Assembly: GCA_965208615.1 (NCBI GenBank)
Contig: CBDBPB010000009.1
Span: 1 to 64,000, forward strand
Origin: Spirochaetota bacterium
GTDB taxonomy: Bacteria; Spirochaetota; UBA6919; CBDBPB01
Length of the DNA: 64,000 nt
Reading direction: 5' to 3'
Notes under the pieces: generated by a model
What the model was told of the DNA's origin: nothing
Database searches by the model: none
The model's input: only the letters and a program-made list of their open reading frames with translations
Part shown: positions 23,149 to 32,564 of the stretch, piece by piece
How the letters are laid out: each line of letters begins with the position of its first letter
How positions within the stretch are numbered: the first letter of the stretch is position 1
Translations under genes and position numbers: made by a program

Positions 23149-24012
23149 CTATTTTTTTAAACGATCCATGTCAGACTCTTGCTTTGGAGTTAATTCTTTT
23201 CCACATTCCAAACATTTATTGGCAACAGGATGATTCTCATATCCACAATCAGGGCAGCTAATAGGCTGAGTAGTTAAAAAAGGCCTTCCCATACCCTTTG
23301 CAATAACTACATCATCCGTTGTTTTTCTTGTCAAAAGATAAATATATCCAACTATATTTGTTAAAAGACCTATTATAAACCACTTCTTTATAGATAAACC
23401 CTTCATCAATGCCGTATTAGCAGATAATGCAGAAAATACTAAAGACCATAAAACATATACGCCTATATAAAACCATATATATGATATTCCACCAGCAGTC
23501 ATATCAGGCTCTGATATAAAACTACCTTTTGCCTGTAATTTAGATATATATTTTTCAGGGTTATTCATAAAAGCAGCTATCCCCGCTGTTTTAAAAGGAA
23601 TACGCCTTCCCTTTATCAAAAGGGTAACATCATCAATAGTCATAATAGCACCAGATACAACACAGATCTCACCAGGAATATTATATGTAACCTGATACTT
23701 CATTTTATGAACTCTGTCTGTTATTCTATGTTGTATAGTATGATCCTTATCTATCTTATCTAAATACTTTTTTGGACTGCGTAAGAAAACTACTATGTTA
23801 GCTCTCTTAAGACCAACCCTACGCTTATTAATCTCAATAGATATATCCTCTTTAGGATCAAGTAAGTCACCAGATATTATGCCCCTCTCTTTTGCTAGTA
23901 TATTAAGTACGCTATATTCAATATAAAGAACCTTTGAAAGTCTGTCAGCATTTATAAAACCAAAAGAACATAACAAAAATAAAACTATTGATAACTTTAT
24001 AGTAACTCTCAT
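23149..24012 (-). CDS. Membrane protein with signal peptide, YHS-like segment, two TMs and a C-terminal zinc ribbon
   Basis: CVVSG...GRRIPF..AAFMNNPEKY; CPDCG..NHP.ANKCLECG. Confidence 0.6.
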   Translation of the reverse strand: MRVTIKLSIVLFLLCSFGFINADRLSKVLYIEYSVLNILAKERGIISGDLLDPKEDISIEINKRRVGLKRANIVVFLRSPKKYLDKIDKDHTIQHRITDRVHKMKYQVTYNIPGEICVVSGAIMTIDDVTLLIKGRRIPFKTAGIAAFMNNPEKYISKLQAKGSFISEPDMTAGGISYIWFYIGVYVLWSLVFSALSANTALMKGLSIKKWFIIGLLTNIVGYIYLLTRKTTDDVVIAKGMGRPFLTTQPISCPDCGYENHPVANKCLECGKELTPKQESDMDRLKK

Positions 24013-24059
24013 AACTACCTCACTATTATTATTGTCAGCCCTCTTTAGTATATATTAAA

Positions 24060-25127
24060 TTAACCCATTTTATTTAAAAAATCAATTAATTTTATTATAT
24101 GTTCCTCTTTATGCTCTGTACTAATAAAATGTAAGCTGTCTAACGGCGGATATAGAAAAAAACCTTTTTTTAATAAATCATCCGCTAAAGAAGAATAGCC
24201 ATTCCCTTTTTCAATAGAAAAAATAGAACCCATACCACGTATTTTAACACTATTAACTCCAAAACATAGCATTTTTACTAATTTTTCCATAATTAAATAA
24301 GGATTAGTCTTTTTTAATATTTTAATAGTCTCTATCCCTGCTGTATAGTATATTGGACTATACAAACTATCCCTATTATTATAACAAGTATTAAAAAACT
24401 CACTCTTGCCTCCAACAGCATACAAAGGAAACCCCCCCCCTATAACCCTTCCCAACAATACTATATCAGGTTCTAACCCATAATACTCTATAGCACCACC
24501 TAATGACAGCCTAAAGCCGCTAACCTCCTCATCCAATACAAAAAGTAAATTATAATTATTACACAAATCTCTTATATCACTAAAAAATGAGCTAGCATAA
24601 CTAACCATTGGTAACCTAAGAAAATCTAAACAAATTGCCCCCACATCATTATGAATGTTAGATAGAATGTCATCAAGCTCGTCAATCTCAAAAAAAGGTA
24701 AAGAAATAGCATTGTCAAAACCAATAAGACCATTATAACCCAAAAATATAGTCTTTTGCTTTTGAGTTACCCTTTTTACCATATCTATAATAGCCTTTAA
24801 CGCCATAGCCTTGCTATTGCAAAACTTTATCCTCTCAATACCCCTGTAACACTCCATAATTATCTTAGCCAGCCTTAACTCAAGATTAACAGGCTGAGCA
24901 AATTGATAACCCCTAGAAACCGCATTTTTAATAGCCTTAGTAATCCTTGGATGTGCATGACCCAATATAAGAGAACCTTTATTTAAAAAAAAATCTATAA
25001 ACTTATGATGATCATAATCATAAAGATAAATACCCTTTGCCCTTTTAATAAAAAAGCCTAAATCTTGCTTTCTGTTAAAAAGTTCTTTTGCACTGTCAAC
25101 AAAATGACGTGAATTATTGTATGTCAT
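24060..25127 (-). CDS. Degenerate class-III aminotransferase (glutamate-1-semialdehyde aminomutase-like)
   Basis: ILGHAHP, DEEVSGFR and PDIVLLGRVIGGGFP motifs (catalytic K replaced by R). Confidence 0.75.
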   Translation of the reverse strand: MTYNNSRHFVDSAKELFNRKQDLGFFIKRAKGIYLYDYDHHKFIDFFLNKGSLILGHAHPRITKAIKNAVSRGYQFAQPVNLELRLAKIIMECYRGIERIKFCNSKAMALKAIIDMVKRVTQKQKTIFLGYNGLIGFDNAISLPFFEIDELDDILSNIHNDVGAICLDFLRLPMVSYASSFFSDIRDLCNNYNLLFVLDEEVSGFRLSLGGAIEYYGLEPDIVLLGRVIGGGFPLYAVGGKSEFFNTCYNNRDSLYSPIYYTAGIETIKILKKTNPYLIMEKLVKMLCFGVNSVKIRGMGSIFSIEKGNGYSSLADDLLKKGFFLYPPLDSLHFISTEHKEEHIIKLIDFLNKMG

Positions 25128-25232
25128 TAACTATCCACTATAAAAATTAATTAGGTTATTATAAATTATCTTAACTTATTAGGTTAGTAAAAATTAACTT
25201 GAAATTAGCTAATAATATTAAAAATATCCCTA

Positions 25233-25261
25233 TTGACGAAAAACAAAATCTTTACTATATT
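25233..25261 (+). promoter_or_regulatory. sigma70-type promoter of tRNA-Val
   Basis: TTGACG-N17-TATATT, 13 nt upstream of the tRNA. Confidence 0.65.
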
Positions 25262-25274
25262 TATGCCATTATAT

Positions 25275-25347
25275 GGGAGGTTAGCTCAGCTGGGAGAGCA
25301 TCTGCCTTACAAGCAGAGGGTCAGAGGTTCAAGTCCTCTACCTCCCA
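25275..25347 (+). tRNA. tRNA-Val (TAC), CCA not encoded
   Basis: GGGAGGT/ACCTCCC acceptor stem, TAGCTCAGCTGGGAGAGC D arm, TCTGC-CTTACAA-GCAGA anticodon arm and GGTTCAAGTCC T arm. Confidence 0.97.
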
Positions 25348-25360
25348 AACTAACCCTACT

Positions 25361-25798
25361 TTATACAATTCCCTTTGAGTTTAAAAACTTAGAATACTCT
25401 TTATCGACTTTCTTAATATGCTCAATTAACCAACTTAATAAAAAATTGTTTATTACAAATACAAGTGACTTTCCTGACTCTAACTTAAGCCTGTCCTTAA
25501 AGTCTTGTATCTTTTGCTCAAAAACAGTATGACTATTTTTATGCTCATCAAACCTTGGATAACCATTCTTAAGTAAAACATCTTCTTCGTATCTAAGATG
25601 ATAGTCAATATAATCAAAAAGCTGTTCAATAGTCTTATCCAACTTTAGATTATCTATATTATCCTCTAACTCTAAAAGTTCATTTATTAATCCAATAAGC
25701 TTTTTATGTTGGTTGTCAAGCTCTTTTACATTAACACTATAAGTATTATTCCATGTAACAGCGGTATTCATATTTACCCCTCTACTTAAGCTAGGCAT
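25361..25798 (-). CDS. Bacteriohemerythrin (di-iron)
   Basis: W...YSVNV..LDNQH, HxxxEE, HxxxH and WL..HI...D ligand set; likely start at the internal MNTAV. Confidence 0.92.
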   Translation of the reverse strand: MPSLSRGVNMNTAVTWNNTYSVNVKELDNQHKKLIGLINELLELEDNIDNLKLDKTIEQLFDYIDYHLRYEEDVLLKNGYPRFDEHKNSHTVFEQKIQDFKDRLKLESGKSLVFVINNFLLSWLIEHIKKVDKEYSKFLNSKGIV

Positions 25799-25821
25799 AC
25801 CAGCGAATTAAAAATAAGTAT

Positions 25822-25854
25822 CTCTCCACGATAACCTAAGATTATTGTGGAGAG
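25822..25854 (-). terminator. Stem-loop downstream of the plsR-like gene, probable intrinsic terminator
   Basis: 13-bp inverted repeat (1 mismatch) with a 7-nt loop, followed by a T-rich tract on the minus strand. Confidence 0.5.
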
Positions 25855-25901
25855 GCTATTTATCAATGCTAACACGCTTACCAGTCAACAACTTGTTTTT
25901 T

Positions 25902-27503
25902 TTAATGTTTTATCTTGCCTATTAAATCATAAGCAACGTTAGAAGCCGTACAAGGGCTAATATGAGGGCTCCTATAAAGTGCACTTTGATGTTTTTTACT
26001 TTTGCTAACTAAGCCTTGTAAAGACTTAGAGCTAATATGAAGCTCTTCAAGAGTATTATTAAACTCTTTTTTGGCATTCTTTTTGGCTTTAAATAAAATC
26101 ATCTGTACCCTAGAGTAAATACTAGCAGCACTATCACCAGTAGTCTCAATGGGATAGAAAATAATATCGGGATATAACTCCTGAATCCTAGACTGTACTC
26201 CGTCAGATACACCAGCAGATGGCATACATCCAAAAGGCTTTACAGAAAGCAACATATGACATTTATTATGCTTGGATGAATAAATAACCTTGCCTACCTC
26301 CATATGTCCCTCTCCACCACTAAGATTAGTGTGATAATGATTATGAGCCTCTTTAGCAATGGCATCCATATCATAGAGTTTATCACCCTTTAAACCAAAA
26401 ACCTTAGCATAAAAATAATAGTGTAGTTTTAGTAATAACTTTCCAAAACGAACAAGCCTTAATATCTTTTTGGGATTACTATAATTAGCTAAACCCTTTT
26501 TATCATAGCTATCTAATTTAAGCCTGTCCGTAAACCACCTCTCTCCCTCATATATAATATACTGTATCCAATTAACGACCTTCTGAACATGAACCTCTGC
26601 ACCCTCATCCTCAAGCCATCTGTGTATATTATAATTTCCATCACCATCAGTAGTCATAGCCCAAAACTCACCAATAACATCTACCTTAGGCTTTGGAATA
26701 AGAAAATTAACTCTAATCTTAGAAAACATCTTTTTAACTTTCCAAAACGAAGTAGTTAACCCCCTACCACTAACTAATGCCTTATAAAAAACCTCTTTAG
26801 CACTATCAATAACCCTATCAGCCTCGCCCTTATTAAGCTCATAAGGCCTAATTCTGTATCCCATAGCTATTAATAAATCACCAGCTAAAAACGCCTTTAC
26901 TAAACGTATATAAAACTTAACATTAATCTTTAAACCAGGTCCATCATTATCTTTATTACTCTCAACTTTCTGACTGAAAGTCATAACCCTAAAACCATCA
27001 AAACCAGCATCAGTCAAAGCCTTTCTATATTGTGCCTCATACATACCAAACCTACAAGGTCCACATGAACCAGCAGTAAGAAAAACATACTTAGAGTTTA
27101 TCTCATCTACAGATAAGCCATCCTCATCCCTAAGCTTTTTTAAAAACTTAACCAAATTACCAACAGTAAAATATGTAGGATTACATAATGCCCTATCACA
27201 AAACTCCTTACCATGCCTAAGGGACTGATTATCAGGAGTAGCTAAACTCTGACATTTATAACCCAACCCCCTAATAGCCCCCTGTACAAAATAATCATGT
27301 ATTCTAGTAATACCCCCTAAAAGAATAGTGGTACTATTTCTCTGAGACTTATAAAAGCCTGCCTCCTTAGGACGTAGCCAATGATCTATTTTCTCTTTTT
27401 TAAGGTTACGTTTTTTTCGTTCTTCGGCCTCAAAAGAATGAAGCTCTTTTTCTATTTCTCTTTCTCTTTTTTCCAGCTCTTTTTTATCTAATACTGTTTT
27501 CAT
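25902..27503 (-). CDS. PlsR-like reductase/2-hydroxyacyl-CoA dehydratase-domain protein
   Basis: CNPTYFTVGNL, CGPCRFGMY, GEFW, GGEGHMEVG and KPFGCMP motifs. Confidence 0.8.
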   Translation of the reverse strand: MKTVLDKKELEKREREIEKELHSFEAEERKKRNLKKEKIDHWLRPKEAGFYKSQRNSTTILLGGITRIHDYFVQGAIRGLGYKCQSLATPDNQSLRHGKEFCDRALCNPTYFTVGNLVKFLKKLRDEDGLSVDEINSKYVFLTAGSCGPCRFGMYEAQYRKALTDAGFDGFRVMTFSQKVESNKDNDGPGLKINVKFYIRLVKAFLAGDLLIAMGYRIRPYELNKGEADRVIDSAKEVFYKALVSGRGLTTSFWKVKKMFSKIRVNFLIPKPKVDVIGEFWAMTTDGDGNYNIHRWLEDEGAEVHVQKVVNWIQYIIYEGERWFTDRLKLDSYDKKGLANYSNPKKILRLVRFGKLLLKLHYYFYAKVFGLKGDKLYDMDAIAKEAHNHYHTNLSGGEGHMEVGKVIYSSKHNKCHMLLSVKPFGCMPSAGVSDGVQSRIQELYPDIIFYPIETTGDSAASIYSRVQMILFKAKKNAKKEFNNTLEELHISSKSLQGLVSKSKKHQSALYRSPHISPCTASNVAYDLIGKIKH

Positions 27504-27585
27504 ATTACCTCCATAGTTAATAGTTAACTTCCCTAAAACAGAATATAGAAAAGCTAATAAACCTTAATATTAGTAACTAAAAAAC

Positions 27586-30500
27586 TTAAGCCCCTTTACT
27601 AAATATTACCTTATTATCATAAACCCTATCAACACGTTTGCTAACAACATTAGCAGTTTCTAAACCATCCAAAAGCTTATTACGCAAACTTTCAATATCA
27701 TTAATAAGCTCACTTTCTTTTTTAGCCTCTAGCTCCAAAGCCTTTTGATATCTCTCTAAAAAATACTTAATTGTTCTTGTCCTAATCTTTATAGACCCGC
27801 TAGGCTTATTCTCGTCTATATCATGAAAAGTAAAATGAGGAGTCTTTGAACTCTTTATAATATCATCAATTAAAGAATATATAGCGGCATCATGACCACA
27901 CTTAAAACTACTTAAATCAATAATAACAAGGTTAGGGTGTCTTGATGCCACTTTTGCCGCCCATATCTTAAATGAACTATTCTCTGAAAAACAATTCTTC
28001 CAAACATCATTTATCTCCATAGGATTACTAATAGTTCCAGCCTCTAACTCCTTGCCAAATAAACTATTAAGAAAATCATCATCCTTAGGTATACTCTGCA
28101 TAGACAAAATAGGAAAGCCCATAGCCTGTAATGACTCAAGTATATCATGGTTTAAACCAGGATCATTGTGATAAGGCCTTCCAAGCATTAATACACCAAC
28201 TTTATTCTCAAAAGTAAGCTTATCCAAAATAGCCTTACCCCTCTCTTTTTGTAAACTATCAAACTCCTTTAACGCCTTTATACCCTCATCATAAGCCCAA
28301 TTACTCTCATCTTTGGTTACACCAAATAACTCACTAAATGCACTAACTAACTGATCCTTAAATAAGTTTTCTTCATCCATCTTAAAATATGGGTCATAAT
28401 AAGTAATATTATTTTCTTTAAAAATATCCTTCTCTCTGGTAAATGCCGCCTTTATAACCTCTGGATTACCCGCCGAGGTAGAACAATTAGCACTATCTTG
28501 TATATTAGCTAAAGGTGAAAGAAAATGTGTTATAATGGGATTAAAAATAATGTCAATCTTTCTATTTTTAGTAGATTTCTTAAATATTAAATTGTGTATA
28601 TGTGCATTAGTCACCTTTGCAGGAAAACATGGATCAATAGAACCCCACTTTCCACCATGAGACCATAACTCATCATTAGTATAATCAGAAAAAATAATGT
28701 TTTTTGATGGAATACCAATAGCCTCAAAATAACTAGTCCAAAAAGGTGCGGTGGAATATAAATTAAGTATTTTTGGAATGCCAATTTTAGTATTATATCG
28801 CTTTTTAATCCATCTATCAGATGCCCTACTAAAAATACGCCTAATAGTCTTTTGCTTTGACAAAAACCCTTTCTTTTTTTCTTCTTCAATATAATATTCA
28901 TCCATAGGAATAGGCTCTGGACTAAAACTACGAAAAGCCAACTTTGAAGCATAATCAACCAAATTAGGATAATTCTTTTTACGCTCCTTAACCTCTTTGT
29001 TAAAAACCTTAAGTGCCTCTTTATCCTCAACACTACCTTTGTCACAAGCATAACCAGATATAAACCTTGACTTTTTGCCAGAAGGTGTTAAAGTATCAAC
29101 ATATACCCTCGAACAATGATTCTCACAAAAATAACAACGCGTGTCATCATTAGTTTTAGTAGTATAACTAATGCCAATAGCCTCATCCAAACCAATAAAT
29201 GTAGAATGTCCAGCCTCTTTAACCACTCTAGTAGCCTCCAGAGCCACACCAATAGCCCCAGATACCCCAGTGTATTTGTGTACATGCACTGTTGAGTCAG
29301 GTACCTTGTCCTTAATATAATCCACTTGTGCCTTAACAGCCGCTAAATTATACTGAGTCCCCCCTTGTAAAACAAATCTTGTTCCAAACTTATTTAAGTT
29401 AGGCTCCTGAACTATATACTGCCATATATTAAGAGGTAAAACTAATGCTAAACCAGCCATCATCTCTTCTTTCTGCCATCCTAACTGCTGAAAGTTAATC
29501 TTATCCTGCTCCATAAAAACTGCACATCCATAATTAAAACTAGGTGCAATATCTGCCCTAAAAGCATATTCAGCATACTCGGTAACATCAATACCAAACT
29601 GATTAGCCATACCCTGTAAAAAATATCCATTACCAGCCGAACACTGAGAATTTAACTTAAAATCCTTAACCCTGCCATTATCCATAAATAAAACCTTTAT
29701 ATCCTGACCACCAACATCCAAAATAACATCAACATCACCATAATAATAAACCGCAGACTTCATGTGAGCCACAGTCTCAACTAAATTAATATCAGCATTC
29801 ATTGTCTCTTTAAGAACATCACCAGCATACCCAGTTACTCCAAAGCCCTTAACCTCTAAATATGCTCCCTGATCCTCTACCTGACTGCGTAACTTAATAA
29901 GTAAATCCTTAGTATCCTTTATAGGATTACCATTTGATAGCTGATAAGCAGTAGCTAATAAATTACCATCCATATCCATAATAACGGCCTTAGATGAGGT
30001 TGAACCTCCATCCACACCAATAACTCCCTCAACTACACTATCCTTTTTATATTTAGCAGGCTCAAAAGTAGGAATGGCATAAGTCTTTTTAAACTCAATT
30101 AGCTCCTCTTCGCTCTCAATAAGGCCTCTCATTGTATTTCCATCAGTTAATTTGCTTTTTCTACCAACGTCTATATAATTATCTAGCTTTTTTATTCCTT
30201 CATAAACCCCAACATTTTTATCCTCAGTTAGACCATAATAAGCAGTGCCAATAGCCGCATAATATTGTGCGTTATCAGGTACAATAATTAAACTCTCAGG
30301 ATCAATGCCATCTGGCGTTTTCCAATTACGTTCCTCCCAAATAGATGGTATATTCTTACGCCAAGCATCCTGTAAAAAAGGTAAATATGCATTTGGCCCC
30401 CCAAGTAAATATACATTATGACGTAATATATTCCCCCGAGTAAGTACACTTAAATTCTGTATTATAATAGCCTCTGCCAATGAAGACATAATCTCATTAG

Positions 30501-31113
30501 AGGGTACGCCACTTTTTAAGAGATTAACAACATCGGTCTCAGCGAATACCCCGCACTTTGCCGCTATATGATGAATCTTTGTATTATCAAAAGACATATT
30601 TAAAAGCTCATGCTGACTAATACCCACTCTAGCAACTGTCTTATCTATTGTTACACCTGTGCCGCCAGCACATTTATCATTCATACTAGTAAAAACCTTT
30701 TTATTACCAGTTTTACTATCTTCCTTCCAAATTATAACCTTTGCATCCTGTCCCCCAAGTTCAATAGCTGATCCAGCATCAGGATTTAACTCCTCTACCG
30801 CCAAAGTTATTGCATTAACCTCATGAACATATTTTGCTCCAATGAGATCAGATAAGCCCTCTCCACCAATACCAGTAGTAAAAAACCTTAAACTATTACC
30901 AAAATTAGATGTAATATCTATTAAAAACTCCCTTGCCACCTCATATTGCTTAGTCTCATGCTTTACATAACGCTTCCAGATAATATCTTTGCTGTTACTA
31001 TTAATAATAACAGCCTTTACAGCAGTAGAGCCAACATCTAAACCAACTATAAGCTCAGCATTAAATTCTTTATAACTATCTTTTTTATTGACTAATTCTA
31101 GCTTATTATCCAC
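27586..31113 (-). CDS. PlsA-like protein: two BadF/BadG/BcrA/BcrD ATPase (activase) domains plus DUF2229
   Basis: GLDVGST/GVDGGST, ELGGQD/DVGGQD, MNDKCAGG/LNSQCSAG, CGVF/CAVF, CFPAK, GRPYH and SFKCGHD motifs. Confidence 0.85.
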   Translation of the reverse strand: MDNKLELVNKKDSYKEFNAELIVGLDVGSTAVKAVIINSNSKDIIWKRYVKHETKQYEVAREFLIDITSNFGNSLRFFTTGIGGEGLSDLIGAKYVHEVNAITLAVEELNPDAGSAIELGGQDAKVIIWKEDSKTGNKKVFTSMNDKCAGGTGVTIDKTVARVGISQHELLNMSFDNTKIHHIAAKCGVFAETDVVNLLKSGVPSNEIMSSLAEAIIIQNLSVLTRGNILRHNVYLLGGPNAYLPFLQDAWRKNIPSIWEERNWKTPDGIDPESLIIVPDNAQYYAAIGTAYYGLTEDKNVGVYEGIKKLDNYIDVGRKSKLTDGNTMRGLIESEEELIEFKKTYAIPTFEPAKYKKDSVVEGVIGVDGGSTSSKAVIMDMDGNLLATAYQLSNGNPIKDTKDLLIKLRSQVEDQGAYLEVKGFGVTGYAGDVLKETMNADINLVETVAHMKSAVYYYGDVDVILDVGGQDIKVLFMDNGRVKDFKLNSQCSAGNGYFLQGMANQFGIDVTEYAEYAFRADIAPSFNYGCAVFMEQDKINFQQLGWQKEEMMAGLALVLPLNIWQYIVQEPNLNKFGTRFVLQGGTQYNLAAVKAQVDYIKDKVPDSTVHVHKYTGVSGAIGVALEATRVVKEAGHSTFIGLDEAIGISYTTKTNDDTRCYFCENHCSRVYVDTLTPSGKKSRFISGYACDKGSVEDKEALKVFNKEVKERKKNYPNLVDYASKLAFRSFSPEPIPMDEYYIEEEKKKGFLSKQKTIRRIFSRASDRWIKKRYNTKIGIPKILNLYSTAPFWTSYFEAIGIPSKNIIFSDYTNDELWSHGGKWGSIDPCFPAKVTNAHIHNLIFKKSTKNRKIDIIFNPIITHFLSPLANIQDSANCSTSAGNPEVIKAAFTREKDIFKENNITYYDPYFKMDEENLFKDQLVSAFSELFGVTKDESNWAYDEGIKALKEFDSLQKERGKAILDKLTFENKVGVLMLGRPYHNDPGLNHDILESLQAMGFPILSMQSIPKDDDFLNSLFGKELEAGTISNPMEINDVWKNCFSENSSFKIWAAKVASRHPNLVIIDLSSFKCGHDAAIYSLIDDIIKSSKTPHFTFHDIDENKPSGSIKIRTRTIKYFLERYQKALELEAKKESELINDIESLRNKLLDGLETANVVSKRVDRVYDNKVIFSKGA

Positions 31114-31137
31114 TTTACATCCCCTTAAAAACTAAAT

Positions 31138-31731
31138 TTAATTTATAAATAATCCCTTTAAACCAAACTGAATAACCTCATCAGCTAACTCCTCAATGTC
31201 ATTAACCGAAAGATCATTAAAAATAAAAGTACTAGATAGCTCCTTTATAGCCCCTATAACACAATGACTGGCTATAGTAGTATTACATACCCTAATAATC
31301 TCCATTTCAATGCCCAAAAGTATTGCAGACCTTATCATTTCTAATACTTTTTGATAAAAAATATGAATCTTCTTGTCTAAATCAACATCAACTCCAGAGG
31401 CATAAGTTAAAAGTATCTTTGCTAGCCTCTTTCTCTTGTTCAAAAGGCTCAAAACCCTAACTATATTACGCTTTAGCTGATCTGATAAGCTGTATGAATT
31501 GTTAAATATATCAACCCTCTCAATTGACAAGTTTAACTCATCAAGTAGGTTATCAAGAAGTGCATCAAAAATTGACCGCTTACTATCAAAGTATATATAA
31601 AAAGTTCCCCTTGCAATTTTGGCATGCTTAATAATATCTGCCACAGAAGTAGAAAAAAAACCATTATTAGCAAAAAGTTCCTCAGCACTCTCTAATATCT
31701 TTTTTTTACGCTCTAACTTAATCATATTCAT
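31138..31731 (-). CDS. TetR/AcrR family transcriptional regulator
   Basis: ILESAEELFANNGF..TSVADI...AKIARGTFYIYFDSK. Confidence 0.93.
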   Translation of the reverse strand: MNMIKLERKKKILESAEELFANNGFFSTSVADIIKHAKIARGTFYIYFDSKRSIFDALLDNLLDELNLSIERVDIFNNSYSLSDQLKRNIVRVLSLLNKRKRLAKILLTYASGVDVDLDKKIHIFYQKVLEMIRSAILLGIEMEIIRVCNTTIASHCVIGAIKELSSTFIFNDLSVNDIEELADEVIQFGLKGLFIN

Positions 31732-31878
31732 GTTCCTAAAATATTAAATACAAAGCAATAATAACAAATAAACTAATATGTATATGATAACAGATAATAT
31801 ATATTTAGAGTCATCCAACTTATTATAATACAAGCAGTTACATTCTAACTTTATAATATATAATGACATATAGTATAT

Positions 31879-31898
31879 TAGACTGACATGTCAGTCTA
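31879..31898. promoter_or_regulatory. Perfect 20-bp palindrome, candidate TetR operator
   Basis: TAGACTGACATGTCAGTCTA, about 150 bp upstream of tetR. Confidence 0.7.
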
Positions 31899-32308
31899 GT
31901 TGCTAAAATAATATACAATATAGTAAAAGGCAATACTTTTATTTGCTAATAAAAAAAATTATACTTTTATATCATAAAATCCAAAATGAAGTTGTAATGT
32001 TAACGAGCTTTCTAATAAAAATGCAAAAAGCATTTTAGTTAATAAACTTGTTTAAGTTAGTCATGTAAGGATTGATAAATAACTTTTTGGCATTAGTTAT
32101 TCTTACTTAAGGTAAATAATCAACTTTTATTGGAACTATTAAAGAGCTAAGCTTGTTAGTTTATATACAATAATTTACATTTTCATTAAATCTTACTATA
32201 GCAGTTTGTTCCCACAAAAGAATTAATGAAAATATTTTCTATTTTATCACCTAAATTAATCGTTTTTATAAAAAAAATAATAGCCTAAACAAAGGAGGTA
32301 CTTAAGTC

Positions 32309-32548
32309 ATGTCAAGTATAAAAATTGATACGACTGTAGACGCTAGAGGAGCAGCATGCCCTGGACCACTTATGGAGTTAATAAAAACTGTCAAAAGCGT
32401 TGATGTCGGAACAGTTATTGAATTATTATCATCAGAAAAAGGAACTACCGTTGATGTACCTGCGTGGATAAGTAAAGTAGGTCAAGAGTTTATTAAAACC
32501 GAAAAACGAGAAAACCATTGGAGTCTGCTTGTAAAAAAAATAAAATAA
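32309..32548 (+). CDS. TusA family sulfurtransferase
   Basis: VDARGAACPGP and DVPAW motifs; AGGAGG RBS. Confidence 0.92.
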   Translation: MSSIKIDTTVDARGAACPGPLMELIKTVKSVDVGTVIELLSSEKGTTVDVPAWISKVGQEFIKTEKRENHWSLLVKKIK

Positions 32549-32564
32549 ATTAAGGAGAAATATT

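Noticed and set aside
25233-25532. 99-aa plus-strand ORF
   Set aside because: It overlaps the tRNA-Val and is antisense to hemerythrin; its TTG is the -35 box
25340-31731. Island integrated at tRNA-Val
   Set aside because: No integrase, no duplicated tRNA 3' end seen, and the composition matches the flanking genes
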